From assembly GCA_040767085.1 (NCBI GenBank), contig JAXGPF010000014.1:64001-128000 (forward strand): DNA of 64,000 nt, written 5' to 3'. Numbering within the stretch: the stretch's first letter is position 1; every line of letters starts with the position of its first letter. Origin of the DNA: Kiritimatiellia bacterium (GTDB lineage: Bacteria; Verrucomicrobiota; Kiritimatiellia; JAAZAB01). Below, piece after piece: positions 41,464 through 50,474 of this stretch. The notes under the pieces are model-generated. The model was not told the origin of the DNA and did no database searches. It saw only the letters and a program-made list of their open reading frames with translations. A program made the translations under genes and the position numbers.

Positions 41464-44400
41464 ATGTGGCGATCGATGATTAAAATTGCCTTGGCCGTTG
41501 TTTTTTCCGCCACTGCCTGCGCAGCCGCCGATTCCGGTCCGGGCTCGCCTCCCATGGACGAAATTTTCAGCCGTGCTCAGGAAATGATCCCGGGCGTGCA
41601 ACGGGAGGAGCACGCGCTGCTGGCGGTCGCGCCCGGCGCGTGTAAAGGGGCCTCCTGCGCGGCGACGAATTCAGATGATGGCCGCCTGGAGTTTAAGATC
41701 GCACAGACCAATGCGGTCATCGCGGTGCGGAACATGGAATCGGGCCAGGTGTGGCCCTGGCATGACGGCCTGGAACGCGCGGCCAGGGTGACTTTGCCCT
41801 TCTGGTTCAAAATTGACATTACCGCCCCTGCCGATATGACAGTGGAAGTTTGCCTGACGCATCCGGACGCGGCTTCCCATAAGATCATTTATTCCCCGGC
41901 ATTTACGTTCAGCCTCACGCAGGGCGTCAACACGGTCGCCGCGCGCCGACCGGTGAATTTTACCTGCCCGGCCGGCATTCAAATCAAATGCGCCGGCGGG
42001 GCCAGGCCCGGGCAATCCCTGCAAATTGATAAAATATCGTTCAGCGCCGATGTGTGGAGCGCCTATTTCCGCCGGGAATTGGTCCTTCCCGCCGATGACC
42101 CCGTATGGCGGGCAATCGGCTCGGTCGAAGCGCTGGGCGGTCAATATTACGGAAACAACACCCTTTATATCAACGGGCGGGAGGCGGCGCCGGCCGGGCT
42201 GGTCCGCAAATTCACCTTTCATACCCAGTATAATATTGAGCGCGTGGACATAGCGCCCTGGCTGCGGCCCGGGACAAATAGCATTGAGTTATGCGTGCGC
42301 ATGGCGGGCAATCAGGCGTTTGCCTATGGCTGGTTCCAGGGCGCGGTGGTGTTGAATTCGGGCCGGCAGGTATTGCTGGACAGCGGCGCGGGCTGGAAAT
42401 GGCGGGCGGATGGCCAAGCGGAATGGGCGGAGTTGCCGGTCTGGAATCGCGGCCAGCCCGCTCTTGCCGGCTATGTGCCGTCCGGGACCGCCGGCAATGA
42501 TAGGCGTTTTACCACGAAGATAATTTACGACCGGCCGGCATCCGATGGCCGGCTGGTTGTGGAGCATCCGGCGGATAACAAGCTGTTCTTCCGCGCGGAA
42601 ACCAATGCGACGGTTGCCGTCCGGATACCATCCGGGTACGCCGGAGCCAAGCCGGAGGTGAAATGGGAATTGCTGCATTACGTTCATTCAGAATCGCGGT
42701 TGGAACCCGCGCATGCGGACGCGGTGGATAAATTCAGCCGGCAGGATGATTCGCTGGTCTTTCGCCTGGAATTGCCGGCTCTGCCGCCGGGGATATACCT
42801 TTTGCAGGCGGCCCTGGAATGCGGCGGCAAGCTGGTTGAACAAAATGATCCGGAGCCGCTGGTGTTCCTGGCGCCGTTGAAAATGGAGGCCGTGGCGGGC
42901 GACAGCTACGAGCAGGGGATGGATTTGGAGTTGGAAACAACCGTTGATTTCACCAATCCCGCGGATCCGCATCCCTCAATCGAGACGGATGCCGCGCCAG
43001 ATTTGCTTAAAACCGCCATGCACAAGCGCCATGTGTTGTCATCGGAATTCATCAGCGCCGTAGAGACGCCCGCCATTGTCGAACGCCATGGCCTGAAATA
43101 CCGGGAAACATCCACCAACAATTGGGCGCAGTTTTCCTGCCTGGTGGAATTCCAGCATCCGGGCGATTTTTACCTGCTGGCGCTGGAATATCCCGACGAT
43201 GCCGAGCGCTGGATGGCCATGGCGTGCATTCCATCAATTTATATTTACCGGGAGCCGACCAATGCCGTTTATGACAATATACCCAATCATCTGTCTTCCA
43301 AGTGCGCCCCCGGCGTGTGGACGGGCGGGAAATATCCGGTCAGCAATCGTATGCTCGATCTGAAATGGCTGTATGTGCCCGATCCGGGCGCCCATGCGCT
43401 AAATTTAATCAATCTCAAGCCCGGTTGCGCCGCCGCGGCGTCCCAGCTGAAAATCTACCATGTCCGGGGCCGGCTGCCGGCGTTGGCAACGCCGGCGCTA
43501 CCACTGGCGCAACAACGCAAGATCGGGCAGCTGACTGAGGCGGACTATGCCAATCATCCCAATCATTACCTGTACCTGATGAGTGGGCGCGGATTTTACA
43601 AGAATTTTGCCTGTTCCTGGCAGCGCGCGGATGTCTTCGCGCAACATAGACGCGCCTTGGGCGCCAAGGCCATGCCCGTGCTCGAAATGTGCGCTTTGCT
43701 CGCCAAATACAAGGAATCCTGCGAGCGGTTTGCCGAGTACATGCGGTTTGCCGGCCTCAACCTGCATGTCATGGGGTGTCTGCAATATAATAACGAAAAC
43801 ACTCCGTACCTGTCGCCGGACGGCAGCGCGCGGCTGACGCCCTGCCTCCGCGATTTCGCCGCGCGGGTATTTGACGTCAATGACATTGCATTTCTGGCCT
43901 CGGTGGAATTCATGCATACTACCGGACTCAAGGCGCGGCGTCAGCGCGGCGAGACCAATCTGCTGATGGCGGGCAGCACGGTTTTCGATTTCCGGCATCC
44001 GGATGTTGAAAGGGAAATGCTGCGGGTGGCGGATGAATTGGGCGAGAAATTCAAATATTTACCCGGTTTCATGGGGATCAACTGGACCGCCGATGGGATC
44101 GTGATGATTCCGGCATATGGCCAACACAATACTTGCCACAGAAAGGGCGATGCCTGCGCCGGATACGATGACGCCGAAATTGACGCGTTTGAAAAGGAAA
44201 CCGGGATGGCCGTGCCAGTCAGTCCGGATGATCCGGACCGGCGATTCAAGCGGCAGGATTATCTGAACGCGCCGGAACGCCGCGATGTCTGGCTGCAATG
44301 GCGCGCCGGCCGGTTCCAGCGGTTTTTCCGGAAAGTAGCGGAAGTCCTGAAAGCCAAACGCCCGGATTTGATATGCCATGCCTCCCCGCATTTTTATTAC

Positions 44401-46056
44401 GATACTTTCATCGAATGGCGCAAGGCGCGGGAGCCGTTTGCCGATTTCATCCGCGGCCGGGGCTGGGATGCCGCTTTGTATGACGATGCGTCGGAAATCC
44501 GTTTTACCCCCTGGGCCTGCGCGGCGGCTGAATATGTGCCGGCTTATACCTGGGGGCATATGCGCCGGATTGAAAATTACGCCGCCGCCTGGCAAGCGAA
44601 CGCGGATATGGATTTCTACGCCGCGTTTCAGATGCTGCCGTATCGCTCGATCATGCTCCGGCATTGGTGGGTGGAGGTGGAACATGCGGCCGGCATGCTG
44701 CCCTTCCGGCCCGGCTGGCCCCGCCCGTTCCAGTCCACCTGCATGACCCAGCAGCGTGCGGATTATGCCCGCGAGCCTTACACGCAGGCCATGATTGGCT
44801 TCGATCCGCAGACCATCATGTTCGGATTCAACGATGCTACGCTGTATACCGGCGAGGAGCAGCCGTTGCGCGAGTTTATCCCCGCTTTCAGGAGTCTGCC
44901 CGCCGAGCCGTTTGAGCCGGCGCTTGGCGCCGGTTTTTCCAACAATATCGCCGTGCGCAGCCTGCGCCGGGACGACGGGTATTATTTTTACGCCGCCAAT
45001 CCGGGATATTGGCCGCTTGAGGGCGCTGTCATCGTTGCCGGCGCCGGTCAGATCATTGACCTGGCTTCCGGAAAAGTTGTGGCCGCTGCGCCCGGATCCA
45101 CCGCCGGCACGATCGCGGTGCCGGTGAAATTAAAACCATACGGATTGGCGGCATTCAAGGCGGAGGCGCCCGGCGCCGAAATTATCGGATGTGAAAACCA
45201 GCCGGTGGCGGAAGCGGACCTGGCGCATATGCGCGGGATAATTGATGCGGCGGGAAAAATGCTGCGGAATGAAGACTTTAAGCAATTTCCCAATTACGGC
45301 TTTATCCGCCGGACAACGGAATCGGCCGGGCAGGCACTCCAGGAAGGCCGCTATGCGTTGGCCTGGTCGTTGCTGATCAATGACGAATTCTGGGATACCG
45401 TGTTCCGGAAAGGACCGCGCGCCGCGATCGAGGCGCCTTTTGAGAAGATACTGGCGGAAGACCGGTCGGTTACGGTTGTCCGGCTCGACGGCAATGCGGC
45501 GCCGGCGCTCGATGGCAAACTGGATGACGCCTTGTGGCAGGCAATTACGCCATTGCAAGGTTTTATGGGCATCGACAAAAAGGCGGCGGCGGATGAAACC
45601 AAAGTGTATCTCGCGCATGACGGTGAAAATATATACATTGCATTCGATTGCCGGGATCAATCGCCGGACCGGATCAAATCCGTAGCCAAGCATGAATTGG
45701 ACGTATCCCGGGACGATGTGGCGGCGGTGTTTCTGCGGCCGGACGGCGGAACGACCTATTACCAGTTGGCGGTCAACCCCGCCGGGGTGAAGCTCGATCA
45801 GAAATGCACACCCGGCGGCAAGGATTACATTTTTGACGCCAAGTGGGAGGCCGTTGCCGCGCGGCATGACCATGGCTGGAGCGTGGAAATGAAGGTGCCG
45901 GCGCATGCGCTGGATGCCGCTATCACGCCCGGCGCGGGGTGGAAAGTCAATTTCCACCGCGGCTATGCCGGCAACCGGCGTCCCGCCGCATCCTGGAGTT
46001 GGAATGCCGACTGGCATGATCTTGAGCGGCAGGGTCTCATGGTTTTTGCGGAATGA
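41464..46056 (+). CDS. Very large secreted putative glycoside hydrolase (sugar-binding domain, GH-like barrel, C-terminal CBM9-like)
   Basis: AGGAG RBS; signal peptide; AYFRREL..LYING..DIAPWLRPGTN; FDFRHPDV..GYDD...FEKETG..WLQWR; PALDGKLDDALW...WSVEMKVP. Confidence 0.78.
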   Translation: MWRSMIKIALAVVFSATACAAADSGPGSPPMDEIFSRAQEMIPGVQREEHALLAVAPGACKGASCAATNSDDGRLEFKIAQTNAVIAVRNMESGQVWPWHDGLERAARVTLPFWFKIDITAPADMTVEVCLTHPDAASHKIIYSPAFTFSLTQGVNTVAARRPVNFTCPAGIQIKCAGGARPGQSLQIDKISFSADVWSAYFRRELVLPADDPVWRAIGSVEALGGQYYGNNTLYINGREAAPAGLVRKFTFHTQYNIERVDIAPWLRPGTNSIELCVRMAGNQAFAYGWFQGAVVLNSGRQVLLDSGAGWKWRADGQAEWAELPVWNRGQPALAGYVPSGTAGNDRRFTTKIIYDRPASDGRLVVEHPADNKLFFRAETNATVAVRIPSGYAGAKPEVKWELLHYVHSESRLEPAHADAVDKFSRQDDSLVFRLELPALPPGIYLLQAALECGGKLVEQNDPEPLVFLAPLKMEAVAGDSYEQGMDLELETTVDFTNPADPHPSIETDAAPDLLKTAMHKRHVLSSEFISAVETPAIVERHGLKYRETSTNNWAQFSCLVEFQHPGDFYLLALEYPDDAERWMAMACIPSIYIYREPTNAVYDNIPNHLSSKCAPGVWTGGKYPVSNRMLDLKWLYVPDPGAHALNLINLKPGCAAAASQLKIYHVRGRLPALATPALPLAQQRKIGQLTEADYANHPNHYLYLMSGRGFYKNFACSWQRADVFAQHRRALGAKAMPVLEMCALLAKYKESCERFAEYMRFAGLNLHVMGCLQYNNENTPYLSPDGSARLTPCLRDFAARVFDVNDIAFLASVEFMHTTGLKARRQRGETNLLMAGSTVFDFRHPDVEREMLRVADELGEKFKYLPGFMGINWTADGIVMIPAYGQHNTCHRKGDACAGYDDAEIDAFEKETGMAVPVSPDDPDRRFKRQDYLNAPERRDVWLQWRAGRFQRFFRKVAEVLKAKRPDLICHASPHFYYDTFIEWRKAREPFADFIRGRGWDAALYDDASEIRFTPWACAAAEYVPAYTWGHMRRIENYAAAWQANADMDFYAAFQMLPYRSIMLRHWWVEVEHAAGMLPFRPGWPRPFQSTCMTQQRADYAREPYTQAMIGFDPQTIMFGFNDATLYTGEEQPLREFIPAFRSLPAEPFEPALGAGFSNNIAVRSLRRDDGYYFYAANPGYWPLEGAVIVAGAGQIIDLASGKVVAAAPGSTAGTIAVPVKLKPYGLAAFKAEAPGAEIIGCENQPVAEADLAHMRGIIDAAGKMLRNEDFKQFPNYGFIRRTTESAGQALQEGRYALAWSLLINDEFWDTVFRKGPRAAIEAPFEKILAEDRSVTVVRLDGNAAPALDGKLDDALWQAITPLQGFMGIDKKAAADETKVYLAHDGENIYIAFDCRDQSPDRIKSVAKHELDVSRDDVAAVFLRPDGGTTYYQLAVNPAGVKLDQKCTPGGKDYIFDAKWEAVAARHDHGWSVEMKVPAHALDAAITPGAGWKVNFHRGYAGNRRPAASWSWNADWHDLERQGLMVFAE

Positions 46057-46092
46057 GTCTGGATTTTATCACTGCGAAAGAAGTAAAATAAA

Positions 46093-47568
46093 ATGATAAA
46101 AGCTGGTTTTTTTGAAGTAGATATTTGTCCCTCCGTCATGATGTCTGGCGTCGATTTCAATCTGGGATCACTTGGTAATATCGCCTCGCCACCGAAATTG
46201 ACCGCCGGAGTCTGGCAGTCCGCGGACTTGAAAATTGCCGTCGTGGGGATGGATATTTGCTCGATTCAGCGGCCGATATGGGAGAAGGCGCGCGATATAT
46301 TGTATAATAAATTCAGGTATGACGGCCTGATCTGCGCCGCTTCGCACGCCCATTCCGCCGGGCCGGGTATCCGGGATCGGGTGTTGCCCCTTGAAGAAGT
46401 TGAAAAGATCAAAGATATCAAGCCGGAACTGAGAAGGCGGGTATACAGTATGCGCCGGCCCGGTGACAAGCGCGAGATTGTGCCGCCGGAAGTCAATCAG
46501 ATATACCTGGATTTGCTGCCTTACCGTATTGTCGACGCCGTCGTATCAGCCGAAAAGCGCATGGAAGAAGTCCGCCTGATCAACGGCAAGGAACTTGTCC
46601 ATGATGTCGGCCATAACCGCCGTCAGAAGATGAAGCAAGGCTGCACCTTTAGCCATGCCGGCAAGGGCAATCCTGATATTATAGGAGATGCCGGGCCGAT
46701 TGACGAAGAAGTCACCGTGCTGGGGGCAGTGAATAAATGCGGCCAGGTGATTGGAGTAATTGTCAATTACGGCTGCCATGCCACGGTAGCCGGACCGAAG
46801 GGGGGGTGTTCCGGCGATTGGCCGTATTATTTGCGTGAAACCATAAATAAAATGATCAATCCCTTGGCCGTCACGGTGTTTCTTAACGGCTGCTGCGGCG
46901 ATGTCACACAGGTGGACAACATCAGTCTTGACCCGCATCGCTATGGCGAGCAATGGTGTAAAATACTCGGGCAGCGGGTGGCGTTTCCCGTGGTTGACAT
47001 TTTGTCGCGCGAACCAGCGCGCGAATTTGATATTTTGAACTATGCTTCAATTGATTTGCCGCTCAACTGGCGGGCAATCAGCGATGAAAAATACCGCCAG
47101 GCGCTGGAACTGGTGAACAATGAAAAACACGGCGTGCCCGGCTGCTGGTTCCCCATGGGAGTGGTTTTGCATTATTGGAAATCCAGATTGTATCCACATG
47201 CAGTATGCAACCTGAATGTCATTCAAATCGGCAATCTGGTGATTGCCACCAATCCGACTGAAACCTTTACAAAAACAGGAATGGAACTCAAAAATACCTC
47301 GCCATTTCCTTTCACCATGCCGGTGGGATTGACCAATGACTGGCTGGGTTACATGGCCACGGCCGACGCTTTTGGCCCGCATGGCGGCGGCTACGAGCCG
47401 CAATTGAATGGCACCGCGTTGGCAGTGGATGCCGCGGCCAAGGTGACGGAAATACTGTCGAAAATGATGAATGAGTTTAAGCCGGAGAAGGAGATTCCGC
47501 CGCCCCGGATTAATCAACCTGCAAAGACCGTTCAGAGTTGCTGGCATTCATCACCGAAAGATTTGTAA
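46093..47568 (+). CDS. Second neutral ceramidase-like amidohydrolase
   Basis: ASHAHSAGP, HNRR, GPIDEEV, NYGCHAT, SGDWP, FLNGCCGDV, P.E.F, GGGYE. Confidence 0.82.
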   Translation: MIKAGFFEVDICPSVMMSGVDFNLGSLGNIASPPKLTAGVWQSADLKIAVVGMDICSIQRPIWEKARDILYNKFRYDGLICAASHAHSAGPGIRDRVLPLEEVEKIKDIKPELRRRVYSMRRPGDKREIVPPEVNQIYLDLLPYRIVDAVVSAEKRMEEVRLINGKELVHDVGHNRRQKMKQGCTFSHAGKGNPDIIGDAGPIDEEVTVLGAVNKCGQVIGVIVNYGCHATVAGPKGGCSGDWPYYLRETINKMINPLAVTVFLNGCCGDVTQVDNISLDPHRYGEQWCKILGQRVAFPVVDILSREPAREFDILNYASIDLPLNWRAISDEKYRQALELVNNEKHGVPGCWFPMGVVLHYWKSRLYPHAVCNLNVIQIGNLVIATNPTETFTKTGMELKNTSPFPFTMPVGLTNDWLGYMATADAFGPHGGGYEPQLNGTALAVDAAAKVTEILSKMMNEFKPEKEIPPPRINQPAKTVQSCWHSSPKDL

Positions 47569-47632
47569 AAAGATTTTCCCCGCCGGGGGGAGATAGTTGG
47601 GAATACAAGGCAAAACTAAACGAGGTAACATT

Positions 47633-48705
47633 ATGTCTGCTCAACATCATTCGACTATTGTTGTGCTGTTGTCATGGGTATTTATGGCGAATTATTGTTT
47701 GTCGGTTGAAAGATATGTTTCATTGTATGGCACAAACGACACTACGGGTGGTTATCAGAGTTGGTCCGGCGCGGCCACAACAATTCAGGCTGCCGTCGAT
47801 GTATGTGGCGTCGGCGATATTGTCTGGGTGAGCAATGGGACGTATGCTGTAGGCGCAACAGTCTATAGCGGCGTGACAAACAGGGTGTATATAAACAAGG
47901 CAATTACCGTACGCAGCAGTGGCGACAATCGAGCTTTAACGATTATTAAGGGGGAAGCGGGGTATCGTCCAGTGTATATGGCGGCTGGTTCCAGTTTAAT
48001 AGGTTTTACCATCACAAACGGGGATATAATGACGGGCCATGGCGGCGGAATATGCTGCGCTTCTGCCAATGTGATTATATCCAATTGCTTGATTACTGGA
48101 AATACGAGCCCCAATAAAGCCGGTGGCGGGGTATACAGAGGCACTCTATATAATTGCGATGTTATTGATAATATTGCGAGTAACGGCGGCGGTGTCTATG
48201 ACGGCGTGTTGAATGGTTGCAAAGTGATAGGTAATTATGCATATGCATATGGCGGCGGAGTGAACCGTTGTTTTGTTTATGACTCCGCAATAATATCAAA
48301 CAAGGCCGAAAATGGCGGCGGGGGTGGTTATGGCGTAAATGCAGCATATTATATGACAAATTGCATCATAAATGAAAACGAGGTATCTAGTTCAGGCGGA
48401 GGAGTCGCCGAATATATTCTATATAATTGCGTTTTAAACGGCAACAATGCAACAAACAATGCCGGTGGAGCCAATGGTGGCGCTTTGTACAACTGCCTGG
48501 TTGCCAGCAATGCAGCAGCCAACGAAGGGGGTGGCGTCCGTAATAGTGATTTGTTTCATGCGAAGGTGTTCGGCAATCAGGCCGGAAAGGCTGGCGGTGG
48601 GTGTTGTTATTCAGGCATTAAAATTATTAATAACTGTCTGATTGCCGGGAATCAGGCTGGCACGGAAGGCGGCGGAGTGTATGGCGCGACGTGGGTCAAT
48701 ATTTA
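47633..48705 (+). pseudogene. 5' part of a second beta-helix/choice-of-anchor-Q-like protein, interrupted by ISL3
   Basis: AATTIQAAVD..GDIVWVSNGTY, about 22-aa GGGV..LYNC...N.A repeats; the TAG at 48704-48706 is created by the IS end. Confidence 0.85.
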
Positions 48706-50066
48706 GGGGCTTCAGACTTTTGAATGGGCACCCCCTACAGGTTGTGGTAATAGTGGTGAATGAATGCAAATACATTATACGCGAAATTGTTGGGATTGCG
48801 AGGGCCTTGGTTGGTTAGTCGGGTTGAGGTGAACGAGAGTGCCCGTCGTGTGGACGTATGGGTTAAGCATGAACCGGGAGTGCAAGTGGCCTGTCCGGAA
48901 TGTGGGCAATTTGGGCCAGTGTACGACCACACGGCGGAACGCGAATATCGGCATCTTAACAGTTGTGAAATGGCGACGTATGTGCATGTGCGACTGCCGC
49001 GTGCGCAGTGCGCTCGGCACGGGGTTAAGCAGATTCTTTCGGAGTTTGGCGAGAATGGTTCGCCGATGACATATGCCTTTGAACGACAGATTATTACAGT
49101 GCTTGAGGAATGCAGCTTGAGTGGAGCTAGTCGATTGACGGGGATTAGCTGGGAGCAGGCGTGGGCGGTGGTGGAACGTGGTGTAGCGCGCGGCTGGGAT
49201 CGCAAGGAACATAAGTTGCCGGCACGGATCGGGGTGGACGAGAAATCGTTTGCAAAAGGCCACAAGTACGAGACGCTGGTCTATGATTTGGAGCAAGCGA
49301 CGGTGGAATATGTGGCCGACAATCGGGAGCAGGGAAGCTTGGAAGGATATTACAAACAGTTCACGCTGGAAGAGCGCGCGGCGGTGGAAGCCGTGGCCAT
49401 GGACATGTGGGATCCGTACATCGCGGCGACACGCGCTTGGATTTCCGCTGCCCACCAGAAGATCGTCTTTGATCGATACCATGTGACAGCCTATGTTTCC
49501 AAGGCAGTCGACGAGGTTCGCAAGATCGAACACCGGCAATTGATGCAAGTGGGCCGAGAGGATTTGAAACACACGAAGTATCTTTGGCTTTGGAATGAAG
49601 AAAATATTCCCGATTGGCGTCGTGTGGAGTTCGAACAACTCAAATCCCAAGATTTGAAGGTTTGCCGGGCGTGGGCGATCAAGGAGAATCTGCGGCATCT
49701 GTGGTCGTATCGTTCGGTGGCCTGGGCGCGGAAGTTCTTTAAGCGGTGGTATCACTGGGCAACACACTCCCGGTTGCCTGCTATGGTCAAGGCGGCGAAG
49801 ACCTTGATGGCACATATGGCTAACATCGTCACCTTTGCCAAACTCCGCGTTACCAACGCCATGGGCGAAAGCCTTAATAGCAAGATAGAAAAGGTCAAAC
49901 GGATGGCCTGCGGTTTCCGCAACCGGGATCACTATAAAAAAGCCATTTATTTTCATTGTGGAGGACTCGATCTCATGCCGAAAGCGCCCGCGTCTCCAAT
50001 GATCCGCCTTTTCGCATGCTGACACCACTACATATGGGGGCTACCCACACAAAACCCGGAAGCGGC
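48706..50066 (+). mobile_element. ISL3-family IS (about 1361 bp), apparently intact
   Basis: Imperfect IRs GGGGCTTCAGACTTTTGAATGGG / GCCGCTTCCGGGTTTTGTGTGGG; duplication AATATTTA at 48698-48705 and 50067-50074 (9 bp if the preceding C is counted). Confidence 0.9.
48760..50022 (+). CDS. ISL3 transposase
   Basis: CPECG..YDH..R.YRHL, PR.QC..HGV, IGVDEK, AMDMWDPY, FDRYHV, TNAMGESLNSKI, ACGFRN. Confidence 0.95.
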   Translation: MNANTLYAKLLGLRGPWLVSRVEVNESARRVDVWVKHEPGVQVACPECGQFGPVYDHTAEREYRHLNSCEMATYVHVRLPRAQCARHGVKQILSEFGENGSPMTYAFERQIITVLEECSLSGASRLTGISWEQAWAVVERGVARGWDRKEHKLPARIGVDEKSFAKGHKYETLVYDLEQATVEYVADNREQGSLEGYYKQFTLEERAAVEAVAMDMWDPYIAATRAWISAAHQKIVFDRYHVTAYVSKAVDEVRKIEHRQLMQVGREDLKHTKYLWLWNEENIPDWRRVEFEQLKSQDLKVCRAWAIKENLRHLWSYRSVAWARKFFKRWYHWATHSRLPAMVKAAKTLMAHMANIVTFAKLRVTNAMGESLNSKIEKVKRMACGFRNRDHYKKAIYFHCGGLDLMPKAPASPMIRLFAC

Positions 50067-50074
50067 AATATTTA

Positions 50075-50474
50075 TAACACAACCATCAGCGGGAATTCAG
50101 CGTCGAATTATGGCGGGATTTGTTATGTAGCTTCCATCTATAATTCCATTTCCTGGAATAATCACAGCGACGCCGGTGAAGACGACGGCGGTTACGCTGC
50201 ATATTATTCATGCGGAGCGGGTTTTACTGGCAACGGGTGCATATCCGAAGATCCGAAATATCTTGACGCGGGTATTGACTATGGGACAAACCATGTGTTT
50301 GGTAATTACCGTTTGCAGCCTGGATCGCCTTGCATCAACAGGGGAACCAACGAACCGGCGATGGCTGAAAGCGTTGATCTGGATGGACGCGCGCGACAGG
50401 ATCGTTTCAGCCGGCTGGTTGATATTGGCTGTTATGAGCATGTGCCTGAAGGGAATTTATGGATTGTAAAATAA
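50075..50474 (+). pseudogene. 3' part of the IS-interrupted beta-helix protein
   Basis: In-frame continuation (VNIY|NTTISGN...) ending NYRLQPGSPCINRG...DLDGRAR...VDIGCYEHVPEGNLWIVK. Confidence 0.85.

Noticed and set aside
24898..50474. Diversity-generating retroelement acting on the two beta-helix paralogues
   Set aside because: No reverse transcriptase and no near-identical TR/VR pair with adenine-specific differences was seen.
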